Shown here: positions 1 through 14,650 of the stretch, piece by piece
Layout: each line of letters starts with the position of its first letter
How positions within the stretch are numbered: position 1 is the first letter of the stretch
NCBI RefSeq assembly: GCF_009914755.1
Contig: NC_060940.1
DNA from: the human T2T-CHM13v2.0 reference genome, Homo sapiens
Length of the DNA: 64,000 nucleotides
Strand: one strand, 5' to 3'
Notes under the pieces: model-generated
Databases searched by the model: none
What the model saw: only the letters and a program-made list of their open reading frames with translations
Told to the model about the DNA's origin: nothing
Program-made: the position numbers and the translations under genes

Positions 1-275
1 TTCAGTGACTTGATTCAAACATGAGGATTAAGTTAATAATAGCACAGGTTGTGCGAAGGATAAGATAATTACACAAGAGGCACCAGAACCACTGAATGTG
101 GAGAGCTCTCATAAATGACAAGCTGCCTTTGGGTTAGGCTCTGTTGGGAACATTACTTCTGCAGTGTTGCAAGCAGATGAAGGATGTGAGGGAAGGGATC
201 TTAAACCAGATATTCAAATGGCCCTGTGGGGAGCTGACACCACACTGCTGTCTAGTGTCCAATTCTCCTTGCATG

Positions 276-542
276 GCTGTGTCACCCAGGTTGGAACGTA
301 GTGCACAATCTCGCCTTAATGCAACGTCCCACTGCGGGCCCAAGTGATTTTCCTGTCCCAGCCTCCTGAGTAGCTGGGACTACAGATGCCTGCCACCATG
401 GCCTGCTAATTTTTGTATTTTTAGTAGACATAGGGTTTCACCATATTGGTCAGACTGGTCTCAAACTCCTGGCCTCAGGTGATCTACCCGCCTCAGCCTC
501 TGAAAATGTTGGGATTACACACATGAACCACTGCGCCCAGCC
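276..542 (-). mobile_element. Alu (diverged, tail missing)
   Basis: Antisense Alu body ending ...ccactgcgcccagcc. Confidence 0.9.
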
Positions 543-576
543 GCTCTACTTTATTAGATTTAAAAAGTTTGCTCTC

Positions 577-1239
<663 letters not shown>

Positions 1240-1689
1240 CTACATTAGAGTCAGTCTTAGTGAGAGTTGCAACATCGCCTAAGCGCAGACCCCAAGCTGG
1301 CTTGTAGGAACAGTGAGATAACATCCCCCAGCCAGCCAGATCTGAGAGAGCCCTCCTGTGTGTGTCCTTTGCAGCGCTTGGCTGTTAGTAGCTTCCACCC
1401 TTTGCCAGAACTATCAAGAGGCACCTCAACAGGCTGCAACACTAGCATTCAAGACATTTGTTCGCTGATTTGCTTCGTCATTCATTTATCCACCCGTTCC
1501 TTCACTTCACACACATTTCAGGAGCACCTCTAAAGCCCCAGACATTCTTCTGGGCTCTGAGAAGAGAGTGGTGGCCCTGGAAGCCACAGTAACCGCACAC
1601 AAGCTGTCACCTCAGTTGTCAGCTATTATGGATGGCTGACTCCTCAAACTCATCTGTCTGTGGTTGTTTGGGAGGGAATGATAATGACA

Positions 1690-1935
1690 AGAACAGCAGC
1701 GGAGTCAGCAGCTCATTTACTGAGGGCTTATGGGCCATACGTGGAAAATATTTTGCATGTATGTTTTGATTCAATTCTCAAAGCAGTCCTTGGGAGTAGA
1801 TGCTATTAATATCTCTACTATACAGATAAGGAAAGTGAGGCTAGAGAGGATATATAATTTATCCAAGGCATGTGGAATGTGGGTAGAGGGGCCGATTTAG
1901 CCTCTTCACGGCTCCAACTTGACCACCGTACTATA
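1690..1935 (-). mobile_element. MIR
   Basis: Core-like tacagataaggaaagtgaggctagagagg. Confidence 0.7.
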
Positions 1936-1950
1936 CTGTGTTTCATTTTA

Positions 1951-2251
1951 GTTTATTTTTTATTTATTTTTTGAGACAGGGTCTCGCTGTGTTGCCCAGG
2001 CTGAAGTGCAGTGGTGCAATCTCTGTTCAATGCAATCTCTGGCCTTGGGTTCAAGCGATTCTCATGCCTCATCCTCCAGAGTAGCTGGGATTACAGGTGC
2101 AGGTTACCACACACAGCTAATTTTTGTATTTTCTGTAGAGATGAGGTTTCACCATGTTGGCCAGGCTAGTCAACTCCTGACCTCAAGTGATCTCTCCACC
2201 TTGGCCTCCCAAACTGCTGGAATTACAGGCATGAGCCACCCTGCCCGACCC
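1951..2251 (-). mobile_element. Alu
   Basis: Antisense Alu, TSD tttcatttta. Confidence 0.93.
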
Positions 2252-3459
2252 TTTCATTTTAAATGTGATAGAAACAGACTCAGAGAATGTGAGTGACTTT
2301 CGCAGGGTCACTTAGCAGGTTGGTGACGGGCATGGGGTTTCACTCCAGTCTGCCTCTTGTTCTTTTCCTCATAGCATGTGAGATCTCACAATTCACTGCC
2401 GCTGAATAACTTTGTCCAGTTCCTCTGTCAGAATGTGTTGGAAGTGAGCAGCTTTGCTGAAGAGAGCCAACTGTTACATAATAGGATCATCTTCCACGTC
2501 TTAACTGGACCATTAGTTTTTAACCATTAAGTAGTTGGGAAATCATCAAGTTCAAGTGCCTTTTGTAATCACCAAGCTCAAAACCTTGGAGGAAACTCTC
2601 ACCCATTTTGCCCTAATCCCAGATTTTAGCACAGGACTTTGGAATTTTAGAAAGTACTTCTAGGTTGAGAAACAAGGGTGATTTTCCATATAGAGACCTC
2701 TGTAGCACAACCCTCTTTGTATGTGTCCCATGAGAGTACAGGATTTTACATGGCTTAGAGAAATACTGTGGTGGTGAAAATATGCATAAAAAAGCGAGAG
2801 ATTTTACTTTTGAAATGCTGCCAAAGTGAAATCTCTCTTGGATAGGCAGATGACAGTTTAGTACTTGCAGGTCTTTCGATTCTGACAACTGTCAGAAGTG
2901 AATTTAAGTGCTGGTGACTAGGCTGCCAGAGAAACACATGTAACTCTATTCTTATCACCCCCCATCTTCAGACATTAAAATTTTCTTGTGTGTAAAACAT
3001 AATGACAAATGAAAGAAAGGCTGCCAGTTCAGAACCAATCTCTTTTCACGCTGTTGCATTGAGGAGAGGAAAAAATCCCTTAAATTTGAATTCCATGTGG
3101 ATGCTCTTATTTAATATGCCGTTTCAAAGCCTGTATGCGATCAAGCCAGAGTATTATCAGGCTCTGAGTTCCTGTGTGTATTCCCTTGGTCCATGCTCCA
3201 TCTCAAGTGTTTCTCCACACTGGGATAGGCAGCATATTGTGTAGTCTTAGAGCAGAAAAGGTAGAAACAGATTCTTAGTACAAACACTGGTGAGAAAAGC
3301 AGCATATTGTACTGTGGAACCACCCGCCGTCTGCCTTCTGTGGGAGATGGGGATCAGCCTCTTCCTGGATCTCTTCTTTTTATTCGGGTGCTGGGAGGTG
3401 AGGCTGCAAAGGAGGCTGTTGTAGAGGGAGCCCTCCTAACCATGATTATGTAAACAATA

Positions 3460-3690
3460 GCTGCTAGGCAACTTGTTGTTTGTTTTATGCAAGGCAGTGT
3501 GCTAAGCACTTACATACATGTATTCTGTCTGTAGTTTGTTATAAGAGTCCTGCACACTTAACCATGATTATCCCTACTTTGCAAATTACAAGGTTGCAGT
3601 GCAGAGAGCCTAAGACACTTTCTCAACTTGAGCAAGTAGGAGATCCAGAATTTGAACCCAAATCTCTCTGAATCCAAAACGACTTTTTGT
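3460..3690 (-). mobile_element. MIR
   Basis: aggcagtgtgctaagcactt...gaatttgaaccca. Confidence 0.7.
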
Positions 3691-3769
3691 TACTTTGCAC
3701 ACTTCAGTCATAGGAATTTCAGTGTGGATTTCTGTATTGGTTATGTATTGCCGAGTAAGAAATGACTCT

Positions 3770-4042
3770 GGCCAGGCACGGTGGCTCACACATGTAGTCC
3801 CAGCACCTGGGGAGGCCACAGTGGGTGGATTGCTTGAGGCCAGGAGTTTGAGAACAGCCTGGCCAACATGGCAAAACCCCGTCTGTACTAAAAATACAAA
3901 AATTAGCCGGGCATGGTGATGCATACCTGAAGTCCCAGCTACTCAGGAGGCTGAGGCATGAGAATTGCTTGAGCTCTGGGGTGGGCAGAGGTTGCAGTGA
4001 GCCGAGATCATGCCTGGGGGACAGTGAGACTCTGTCTCAAAC
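3770..4042 (+). mobile_element. Alu (short deletion in right arm)
   Basis: ggccaggcacgg start; degenerate TSD aaatgactc/aaattactc. Confidence 0.92.
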
Positions 4043-4269
4043 AAATTACTCCAAAATTTAGTGGCTAAAAAACAACGTAAAACAAGAAACATTTCTGTTG
4101 TGCCTCCTCTTTTCCTCCCTCCCTCTTTCTCATAGTTAATTTGTTTGAATCAGGATTCAAATAAGGTCTATGCATTTTTAATCTATAGGTTTTGTCTCCT
4201 TTTTTTTTTTTTCCTTAAAAAAATTTCTTTTAATGCAACAGATTTAAGGGACCAGGGTGTTCTCTAGAG

Positions 4270-4799
4270 CAGGGGTCCATGACCTCTAGGCCACAAACCA
4301 ATAGCGGAGCCGTGGCCTGTTATAAATTGGGTGGCATGGCAGGGAGTGAGTGGTGGGCAAGCATAGGAAGCTGCGTCTGTGCTTAGAGCCGCTCTCTGTC
4401 ACTCTCATTAGTGCCTCAGGTCCTCCCCCTGTCAGATCAGCAACAGCATTAGTCTCATAGGACCGTGATCCCTATTGTGAGCCACACATGCAAGGGATCT
4501 AGGCTGCATGCTCCTTAGGAAAATCTAATGCCTGATGATCTGTCACTGCCTCCCATCACCTTCAAGATGGGATCGTCTAGTTGTAGGAAAACAAGCTCAG
4601 GGCTCCCACCGATTGTACATTATGGTGAGTTGGATAACTATTTCATTATATATTACAACGTAATAATAATAGAAATAAAGTGCACAATAAATGTCATGTG
4701 CTTGAATCGTCCCAAAGCCACCCCCACTCCTTTGAGTCTATGGAAAAATTGTCTTCCAGAAAACCACTTGCTGGTGCCAAAAAAATTTGGAAACCTCTG
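4270..4799 (+). mobile_element. MER1A-like hAT-Charlie DNA transposon (MITE), full length
   Basis: caggggtcc...ctctg termini; perfect 8-bp TSD ctctagag at 4262-4269 and 4800-4807. Confidence 0.88.
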
Positions 4800-5579
4800 C
4801 TCTAGAGATTTCTGCAGTCTGTACTTTGGTGATTGCATCTCTGTGGTGTCTTTTAACATACTCTTCTGTCTCCTGAGTTTCCTGTGAAAGGGTAGATAAC
4901 TCAAGAGACTCAATCAACTTCGTGTTTAATGTTTTCGTAAGAATACTTCAGAGGCAGTGGTGTAATCGTCCAAGAGTACACACAGGCCTGATCGCCAAAG
5001 CCAGTTTTCTTCAGGCCCAGCACGTCCTGACCTCCTCACTCCTCTGCCCACTCTCTGTTTACTCACTCCCATTTTCATTCATTGATTCTGTTATTCTCCA
5101 CTAAGTTTTCTGGGTGGTCAGCCCAGGAAGCCTCAGCCTGCTTCCAGATAGTTCTCCTCAGAGTTAGCGGTAGCAGCGGTCGTTGGCCAGTGTGTCTCGG
5201 GTCAAATTATTTTGGGCATTACTGGAAAGTTCCAAACCAAAGCCTGTGGTAAGTTCCACCCAAACTGGCTTGTGAGGGATATTTTTGTTTAAACTGCATT
5301 CCTGGAGAGGAGCCAGACTTCCTACTGCCTGGCAGCAGTGGTGTCCATAGGAGTATGAAGAGCTGGGACCCTTTCTAATCACTCAGACCAAATATTGGGG
5401 TTTTCTGAAATGGACTGAGAAATAACAGTATGTTTTTATGAGGCTTTGCACATTTTCCTTCCTAGCAGTAGCTGCTTAGTCTACTGAAAAGTGCATATTT
5501 TGAACAGGGCCTAGAAGAGTTAACAGCTCCTAGAGAGAGGTGCTCTGTAATACTTTTTCTTCTTCAAAAAATGGTTTAT

Positions 5580-5712
5580 GGCTGGGCGCAATGGTTCATG
5601 CCTATAATCCCAGCGCTTTTGGGAGGCCAAGGTGAGAGGATTGCTTAAGCCCAGAAACGTGAGACCAGCCTGGGCAACGTAGTGAGACGCTGTCTCTATA
5701 TTACAAAATTTT
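5580..5712 (+). mobile_element. FLAM/Alu left monomer
   Basis: Single arm; TSD aaaaaatggttt/aaaaaacggttt. Confidence 0.85.
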
Positions 5713-6809
5713 TTAAAAAACGGTTTGTAGGTCCTTAAGTCCCTGATAAAATAGAGAACTGAATTGCAATCCTGGAACTTAAAAAGTTGGTGACGACACC
5801 TGAGATATTTATTACTTAGATTGCAGTTACTGGTCAGCTTGTATAATACTGACCAAGGGTTTTGATTCTTCCTGGAATTGATAGGAAATTCATATTAAAA
5901 TAATTACCCAAGTCCAAACATTTTTAGAACTGCATTTTTGATCATGGATTTTTATGTCTCTTCTGAACTTTCTGTCACCGGTATAATTTAAAGAAATTAT
6001 ACTTAAGCTTTGTCTCACTTAGAAGATAATATAGAACAGTGGTGTTTTTTTAATTAAAAAAAAGGTTAAAATAACGGTTTTGTATCCTTGCTTTACTTCT
6101 TAAACATATGGGAGGAAAAAAAATCTTTAACAAGTTTATTTATTTTCATTTTCTGCTAAATTACTTTCAGAACTTGAATCTACTAATCCCAGATATAATA
6201 TTCTTGGATTCATATTCCAAATTTTGCTGTCTCAAATCCATCTAGGGAAGTGGGTGGGCTATAAATTATAAATAAATTCCAAATTTTGTGGGATGAATTA
6301 CCCTGAAGACCAACGTGTAAATTACATATTAATCTTTCTTTTTCTCCCTAGCTCGGTTTTAAGAATAATGTTTTAGCCAACATATCTGCATTACTCTTGG
6401 CTCAACATGAGAAATCCATTTTTGGTTTGCCTAACAGAAGATCATGTTGCTTTGCTTCTCTACACAGTATGAAAACCCAAAGAAAAGAAAAACAGAGGCA
6501 GTTTTTTGCTCTAATGAATGCTCTAAATCTAGCTCTTAATTATGATTTTTTAAGGAAAATTTTGAAAAGTCTACAAGTTAAATTTTTTTTTCTATCCCAT
6601 ACATTTTCCATCCTAAGGCATTGAAAAAGCACACTGTGAAATACTTAGTGTATCTAGAAACATCAGGGAAGAATGCTTCCCTCCTAAGCAAAATTTTGCC
6701 TTCTGAAACTTTTTCAGCATTCAGTCTTTTTATATAATACTTAGAAAAATATTTCTGAAATAGATCATACACTCTCTTCCCAAAAACATCAAAGTATGAC
6801 CGTAAAGGG

Positions 6810-7024
6810 CAGAGGTAGGTAAACTTCTTGTAAGGGGCCAGAGAGTGAATATTTAAGAATTTTCAGACTATTAAGTTCTCTGTTGCAACTGCTTGCTTTT
6901 GCCGTGGTAGCCTGAAAGCAGCCGTAGATAGTATGGAAATGGATGATCATGGCAGTGTTGCAATAAAACTTTACAAAACAGACAATGGGCCAGATTGGCC
7001 AGGGGCCATAGTATGCTACCCCTG
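6810..7024. mobile_element. MER58A-like hAT MITE
   Basis: cag...aaact...ggggccagagagtgaatattt...caataaaacttta...cccctg. Confidence 0.8.
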
Positions 7025-7440
7025 GGCAACAACCTGTATGCCCTGGAGTAGTGTAAAGAACGTGGGTGTTGGGGGTCAACTGACGCTTCCAGCTCTACCA
7101 CTTACTGGCTGTGTGGCTTTGGGCAAACTACTGAAAATCTCTCAGCGTCACTTTCCAAGTGTGTGTAATGTGTATTTTCACAGTGCTTTGCAGGTTGTTG
7201 ATTATTGAAAATAGCCATAATGCATGAAATTACCAGACACATCTCACTTTATGGAGCCTGGGGCTATTGGTAATATGCATTTCTTTCTCATCTTGATCGT
7301 AAAATGATCTTAGAAAGGTTTCTGAGAATATATAGAGTTTAAGACAGCAATAAGATAACTAATTAATTAAACAGGAAAAGGGGATGTTGTGCTCAGAGAG
7401 GAAGTGTGGGTCTCATAAGGGCTTTCACAATCGTTTGAGA

Positions 7441-7775
7441 GGACACGTGTGATGTCTCATGCCTGTTATCCCAGCACTTTGGGAGGCCAAGGCAGGCAGG
7501 TTGCTTGAGTTCCGGAGTTTGAGACCAGCCTCGGTAATTTGGCAAAACCTTGTCTCTACAAAAATTACAGAAATTAGTTGGGTGTGGTGGTGCACACCTG
7601 TAGTCCCAGCTGCTTGGGAGGCTGACGAGTAAGGATCACTTGAGCCAGCATGGTGGAGGCTGCCATGATCATGCTACTACACTCCAGCCTGGGCAGCAGA
7701 GCCAGAACCTGTCTTGTAAAGAAAAGGAAAAAGAGAGAGAAGGGCAGAAAGAAAGAAGGGAAGGAAGAAAGGAAA
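7441..7775 (+). mobile_element. AluJ with GA-rich tail
   Basis: Diverged dimer followed by a purine-rich tail. Confidence 0.88.
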
Positions 7776-8874
7776 ATTGGGCCCAGGAATGATCTTTACA
7801 ATGCCTGACAACCAAGAGAAGAAGGGAAATGAGCTTCACATTGCCTGCAAGCTCTAGGGTGACAAGAGCCAAGAGAAATTATTGTTACTGTAGTGATGTT
7901 CCACTGAGGATCATAAAGTACTTTATTACTCTACTGAGTATGGTTTTTTGTTTTGTTTTTTCTTTTTCTTTTTCTTTTTTGCTATTCTTTTGTTATTCTT
8001 GATTTATGCTGATGGAAAGCCATGGACCCAAGGATGCTTCACAGTTTTCTTTCGGAGTAAATGCTTAGATTCCATTTTCTTTGACATGACTATGTCTGTT
8101 CCTCTTGATTTTAGGCATCTTTTTCAGATGAGTTGCCATAAAAGCAGCCTGCTCTGGATAAGTGAGGTACAGCAGGACACACTGCAAATACTAGGAATCC
8201 TTAAGTACAGTGGAACCCCAGAGCACTCTACCTGCTTTCTTTCTCACCTCCTTAAAAACTTTTTTTGCCCTCACCTCATCATTTATTCAGCAGTCACAAC
8301 AGTGCCAAGAACTTGGCTAGAGATTGGAAATAAAGCTTATGCCTTCTCTCATATCTCCTGTACCTTATTTCTTTCTTACAGTAGTTGTGATGCTTAGCAG
8401 TTTTTTGATAACTTTTTATAATGCCAACCTTCAAAAACCTGCCCCTGGTGGAGAGAATAATTATTACATCAATTAGGGGTCACTTAGCATGACATTTGTC
8501 GGAAAAAAAAAAGTTAGTGAGCCTTTTTGCCATATTAAAAGTCATCACTGCCAAGACATAAATGAAAATGTGTTCGAATTAACCACACCAATGTTCACAA
8601 AATAAACATTTTTGATTTCCCAACAGAATCCTAGGTTTAACTATCACTATCATCTTTCATGAAATCAAAGTCATATATGTAAATTGAACACAACTTTCCC
8701 TTCCATAGAGAGTAAAAACCACGCTTTGGAGGGTAGATACAATTACCCCAGGGTTGTCTTTTCCCACTCCTCACAATCCCACCAGTGCACATGCAAGGTG
8801 ATGTCCTTCCTTTAGCTATAGCAAATAATGTTAATTATTGTTGGTGTTAAATAATGATTATGTAAAGCACTAGA

Positions 8875-9142
8875 CTAGACATTCGTCGGCAAAGTTTTTC
8901 TGCAAAGAATCAGATAGTAAATATTTTTGCTCTTATCAGCCAGACAGTCTCTGCGGCAACCATTCAAGCATTGTTGAATACATTGTTGAGTGTTACATGA
9001 GATTATTGTAATATAAAAGTAGCCTGGGACAACACATAAATAACTGGGTGTGGCTGTGTCCTAATAAAACTTTATTTACAAAGAACAGGAAGTGGCTTGG
9101 ATTTGGTATCTGGCCTGGCAGCTGTGGTTTACTACTCCTTGG
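8875..9142. mobile_element. MER58A-like hAT MITE (second copy)
   Basis: gtcggcaaagtttttctg...cagatagtaaatattt...taataaaactttatttacaaa. Confidence 0.75.
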
Positions 9143-9479
9143 ACGGTGGCCCAGAGACCCTTTAAATGAAATTCATTTTACTAGCACCCTTTTTCATCAT
9201 GAGAAATATATTCTGTTTTTCTTAGAAAATGGGTTATGTTAGGTCTGGTCAAGGTAAATAAGTGTTGAGAGTCGATGTTGTGTGCATAGTTAATTTCAAT
9301 TCTTTGAAGAAACTCCCCCATGATATTTCACGGCTGAGAGAAGAGGAAAGAGTTTAAGTGGAACAGTGTGCTTTGCTGAGCTTTGGAAATATTACCATAT
9401 AGGGAAGCAGGTCAATAAGACAACTAAGTGCTGTTTCAATAACGAAGATACTGAAGCGCTAATTGGAGTATGGAACCAT

Positions 9480-9745
9480 ATAATGATGATAATAATTGCT
9501 AATATTTATCAGCTATTTATTATGTGTCATGTACAGCTAAGCACTTACATACCATCCCATTTTATCCTTATAATGACGCTAAGAGTGGGTTAAAAAATGG
9601 CAGAAGAATGGCAGTGTTTAATGGTTCAGCCTGGTGCAATGATTAACCACATTTTACAGACTAAGAAATTAAGAACCTCAACCAAGTTCATGCTAGCTGG
9701 TACGCAGTAAGGCTAGAACTTCGTCCAAAATCTCTTCTTCTGTTG
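9480..9745 (-). mobile_element. MIR
   Basis: gctaatatttat...gctaagcacttacat...cattttacaga. Confidence 0.6.
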
Positions 9746-9936
9746 AGCTCAGCTTGCATAGTAGCTTGGAGAATCAGAAAGATCTGTCTCATTTGGGAAA
9801 TATACCATGTAAAAAACATTGTTTCTAAAGGAGATTTGTCCCATGAGTAAAATAGATGATGGACAGCCACTGCCTAGTGGGACAATTAGAAAGGTCAGTT
9901 CAAGGTTGGAGGAGATGCTTCTTTCAGCCAATTTTC

Positions 9937-10022
9937 CTTTTTCTCAGGATCACCTCAGGTGATCCGCCCACCTCAACCTCCCAAACTGCTGGGATTATAG
10001 GCGTGAGCCACCGCTCCTGGCC
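9937..10022 (-). mobile_element. Alu remnant (5' head only) with both TSDs retained
   Basis: TSD tttcagccaattttc at 9922-9936 and 10023-10037. Confidence 0.88.
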
Positions 10023-11127
10023 TTTCAGCCAATTTTCTATCACCAAAGGGAAATCGTTTTGCTGGAATATGTGTAAAGGAGGTTAAAGTCAGAAGAGATT
10101 CTCGTCCGCTCAGTTAAGGTACTCAGACTATTTTCCAACCAATCAAGAGGGTGCTGCTTCATGGAGTTCGTTTAAGCTGAAGCGGCAGCTGTTGACTGTC
10201 ATTTGCATCATCTTTATACATTTACTGTGAATGTCACTGTCCATTTCCACTTTCTTTCTACTTGTCTTCAAATTGATGCTTATCAAGTAGACAGAAGAAG
10301 ACCAAGGGGTCGTTTTGCTATTTATACCTCCAAATTGATGGCGTGATCACTCTCAAGTGCAAACCCAGCCCTGACACTGTCCTGTTTGGCAATGTCCTGC
10401 TATCTGACCTGCAAATAGCTACACTTCCTGCTGTGGCCGACCCAGGCCTCTGGGATCTGATCCCTTCTCCCATGTCACCTGTGGCCATGTCTTCCCCAAC
10501 CCAGGCTTCTCTGCTCCGCTGCTTATGTTCTGGATCCTGACTCTGAGCCTTTGCTTGTGTGGCTCCTCTCCCACTTGTCCATCATCATGTCAGTTATGTA
10601 AGCATAGATTCCAAAGTGACAATGAGGGTAGTTAGGATGGCAAGAGGAGAAAAACCAAGCTGGATTCATGGATTGCTTGTGTCACGTCCTCTACAGAGCC
10701 TCCCTTCTACCTGCTCTTACCCGGGCACCACAGTTGATGAGTTATTTTTTGGACCATCAGCAACACACCCAATCATTGTACATGGAATACTTCGGGGATG
10801 CTTTTTTCTGTATTGATTTTACTTCATTAAACTGAGCTCCAGAGGAGCAGAAACTTTGGCTAATACATCTTGGTCTTAGCTTGTAATATCTGTGCTACAA
10901 CTTATTAAGATGGTGATGCTGGCAAATTCCTTAATCTTTCTAATTCTTAATTTCATCAGCAAAGATGGGAAAGGATACTAACACCACTCTGGGTTGTTGA
11001 GAGGATTCAATAACTGAATATTTATAAAGCGTAGTACCTGATACTTAATAAAAAAGTGAATTTTAACCTGTGTCATCATTGTCATCGTCTTTATCATCCT
11101 TTGCAATTATTACATTTACTGCCTTCT

Positions 11128-11400
11128 AGTACAAGGAAGGGGATGGGTGGCTGGCTGGCTAGGTGGATAGAAGGATGGAAGAGGTAAGTACAAGGAAGGG
11201 GATGAGTGGCTGGCTGGCTAGATGGATAGAAAGATGGAACAGGTAAGTATAAGGAAGGGGATAGGTGGCTGGCTGGCTAGATGGATGGAAGGGGTGGAAG
11301 GGGATGCAAGAGGTAAGTACAAGGAAGGGGATGGGTGGCTGGCTGGCTAGATGGATAGAAGGTTGGAAGACAGGAAGGATGGAACGGAAGAAGAGGGAAG
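11128..11400. repeat. Purine-rich minisatellite, ~59-bp unit x ~4
   Basis: Unit agtacaaggaaggggatgggtggctggctggctagatggatagaaggatggaagaggta. Confidence 0.92.
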
Positions 11401-11860
11401 AACAAAAATGGAAACACATAGTACTGTTAGGTGAACTGAACTTCTAAGGTGCCGATTCTCAGTGATAGAATCTTGAGTTGATACCTCCTTGGGTGGCATG
11501 GAGCCTATACCTTTGTAGATCTTGGGAAACAACTTCTAAAGTAATCATAGTTGTATGTAATCGTAGTTACAACAATAGTTATTTTAGGCACATAACCCAA
11601 AGGTTTTCTTACAAGGAATCTATGAACCTTAAGAGTGAGGGCTTCTGTTAAGAGTAAGGGCTTCCCTGGAGTGGACATGGATCATGGGACTGAGCCAGCT
11701 TGGCATTGTTGGGTTGAACAGGGAGCGACACCTCTCAGCCCAGTCTATCAAGCCTGCTCTTTGACCTGCAGTGAGACCACCCACGCAGACATCAATGCAG
11801 CAAATCCCCGGCGTCAGGGTTTCAACATTTGGTTACTCTCAGAGAACTCTCGATTTATAT

Positions 11861-11958
11861 AAGACTTGGAAAAAGGGTTTGAGTTTCTGTGGTTTACAAT
11901 TATATTTCCCAACTTGGCCCATGAATCCAGCTTGGTTTTTCTCCTCTTAGCATCCTAA
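11861..11958 (+). repeat. 98-bp dispersed direct repeat, copy 1
   Basis: 93/98 identical to 12722-12819. Confidence 0.95.
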
Positions 11959-12721
11959 CCACCCTCATTGTCACTTTGGAATCTACACTTACATAATTGA
12001 CATGTTGAGAAGCTGTGCTAAAACCACACTGAAATCACATTTTAATAACATGGGAACCATCTTTTCCCAGTAAATTGTTGAGAAGCTAATTCTTGTCAGC
12101 CTAAAAACTTGAATATACATTTGAATAAATCAGCGGTGCTACACCGTGGCAGCCTGCTGAAAATCCCCAAGGAAGATTATATTTTTAGTTGAGCTACTTG
12201 TCACTGCACTGTGTTTTTAATATTGTGAGTCCTTTCTTGTCTTCATTTTTGAAGAATCTATTGCATACCTTGTCATTCAGAAAAACATAAACGGGACCTC
12301 TCAATTAGCGGTAAAGTTCGTCAGTTTAACTTTTAAGCTTAAACTCCTGTTATAGTTCGGTCACTTACTCGTCATCAAAAAGATATTTGAGCTGATATTA
12401 TGCAATAATTTATAACCAAAAACAGGAGGAAAAGGTCTCTGTTTGTCTCAGAAGTACAAGTTATGCATAAGGTGACAAATTACACAGCTTTGGGAAATGG
12501 GTCTTAATGGAATGCACCAGGCTAATAGAAAAGCAGTGCCTCGATTTCCCACCTCAGATCTGAAAACTCCTGAGAGACTGACAGGGCGGTTCCCCAGCTT
12601 GGCTGTGTGAGGAATCAGCTGGGAATCGAACACTGCAGTCTGGCTGTCACCCCCAGGATTCTAATGTAATTGTTCTGCATTGTGGATCGATGGATGGATG
12701 GATGAATGGCTGGACAGAAGG

Positions 12722-12819
12722 AAGACTTGGAAAAAATCTTTGAGTTTCTGTGGTTTACAATTTTATTTCCCAACTTGGCCCATGAATCCAGCTTGGTTTT
12801 TCTCCTCTTACCATCCTAA
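12722..12819 (+). repeat. 98-bp dispersed direct repeat, copy 2 (embedded in a GGA-rich tract)
   Basis: 93/98 identical to 11861-11958. Confidence 0.95.
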
Positions 12820-13035
12820 GGAGGGAGGGAGGGAGGAAAAGGGGGAAGGAAGCAGGTAGAAAGGGAACAGGGAAGGGAGGACTGGAGGAAGGAAAGCAGG
12901 GATCATTCTGGAGTGTACACTGGGCATTTGATTTTAAAGCAAATCCAAGAGATCATTAAATTTGTATCAATGAATACACTGTTATCCCTCAATCAACACT
13001 ACAATTCATATATCAGAATAGCACTTTGTTACTTG

Positions 13036-13313
13036 TTTCTGAGATAGGGCTGGCTCTGTCACCCAGACTGGAGTGCAGTGGCACGATCACAGCTCACTAT
13101 GGCCTCAGCCACCAGGGTTCAAGTGATCCTTCCACTCAGCCTTCTGAGTAGTTGGGACTACATGCGTGCACCATCATGCCTGGCTAATTTTTATTTTTGT
13201 AGAGACGAGGTCTCCTTGTGTTGTCCAGGCTGGTCTCAAACTTCTGGAATCAAGTGATCCTCCTGCCCCTGCCTCCCAAAATACTGGGATTACAGGCATG
13301 AGCCATGTCCAGC
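13036..13313 (-). mobile_element. AluJ
   Basis: Antisense diverged Alu. Confidence 0.9.
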
Positions 13314-13859
13314 TGCCTTGTTTTTTTCTTTGAAGAGAATGATAGACCTTCCATAGGAAAAATGTTAAATATGTGTGTGCAGAAATAAAGATTTCAAATA
13401 TTTTTGCAAGATATTTTTTCTAATACCACTTTTTTCTACATTTTCCATAATTTAGTGAAGATAGTAAATTAACAAAGTGGAAAAGACTGAATATTTTAAG
13501 AAAAGCCAAGTTTAAAAATTTTGAACCTAATATTTCTTAAAGTAGCTAAAATTCAGATATTGAGAATAAATTCAACTTGACATGGCAAAATTCTAATAGG
13601 CTGAAATAATGTTTTGGTCTAGAACTATGTAGCTTTGTGTAGCCCATCAATTGTCTAAAAAAAGAGTAACCTATTTTGATGAAACTCGCTGTATCTTGTA
13701 ACCTGTATCCTGTCTTGGTATTGTGGGAGTATATATGATTTAGGGGAAAGAGTCTGGAGAGACCTTAAGTCTGCTTTAGGGAAAGGGTGAGGAACCCCAC
13801 TGAAGGCTACTTAACGCATTTTGAGAATGTCAGTAAAGATTTCTCAGAGCCCAGGGATT

Positions 13860-14650
<791 letters not shown>

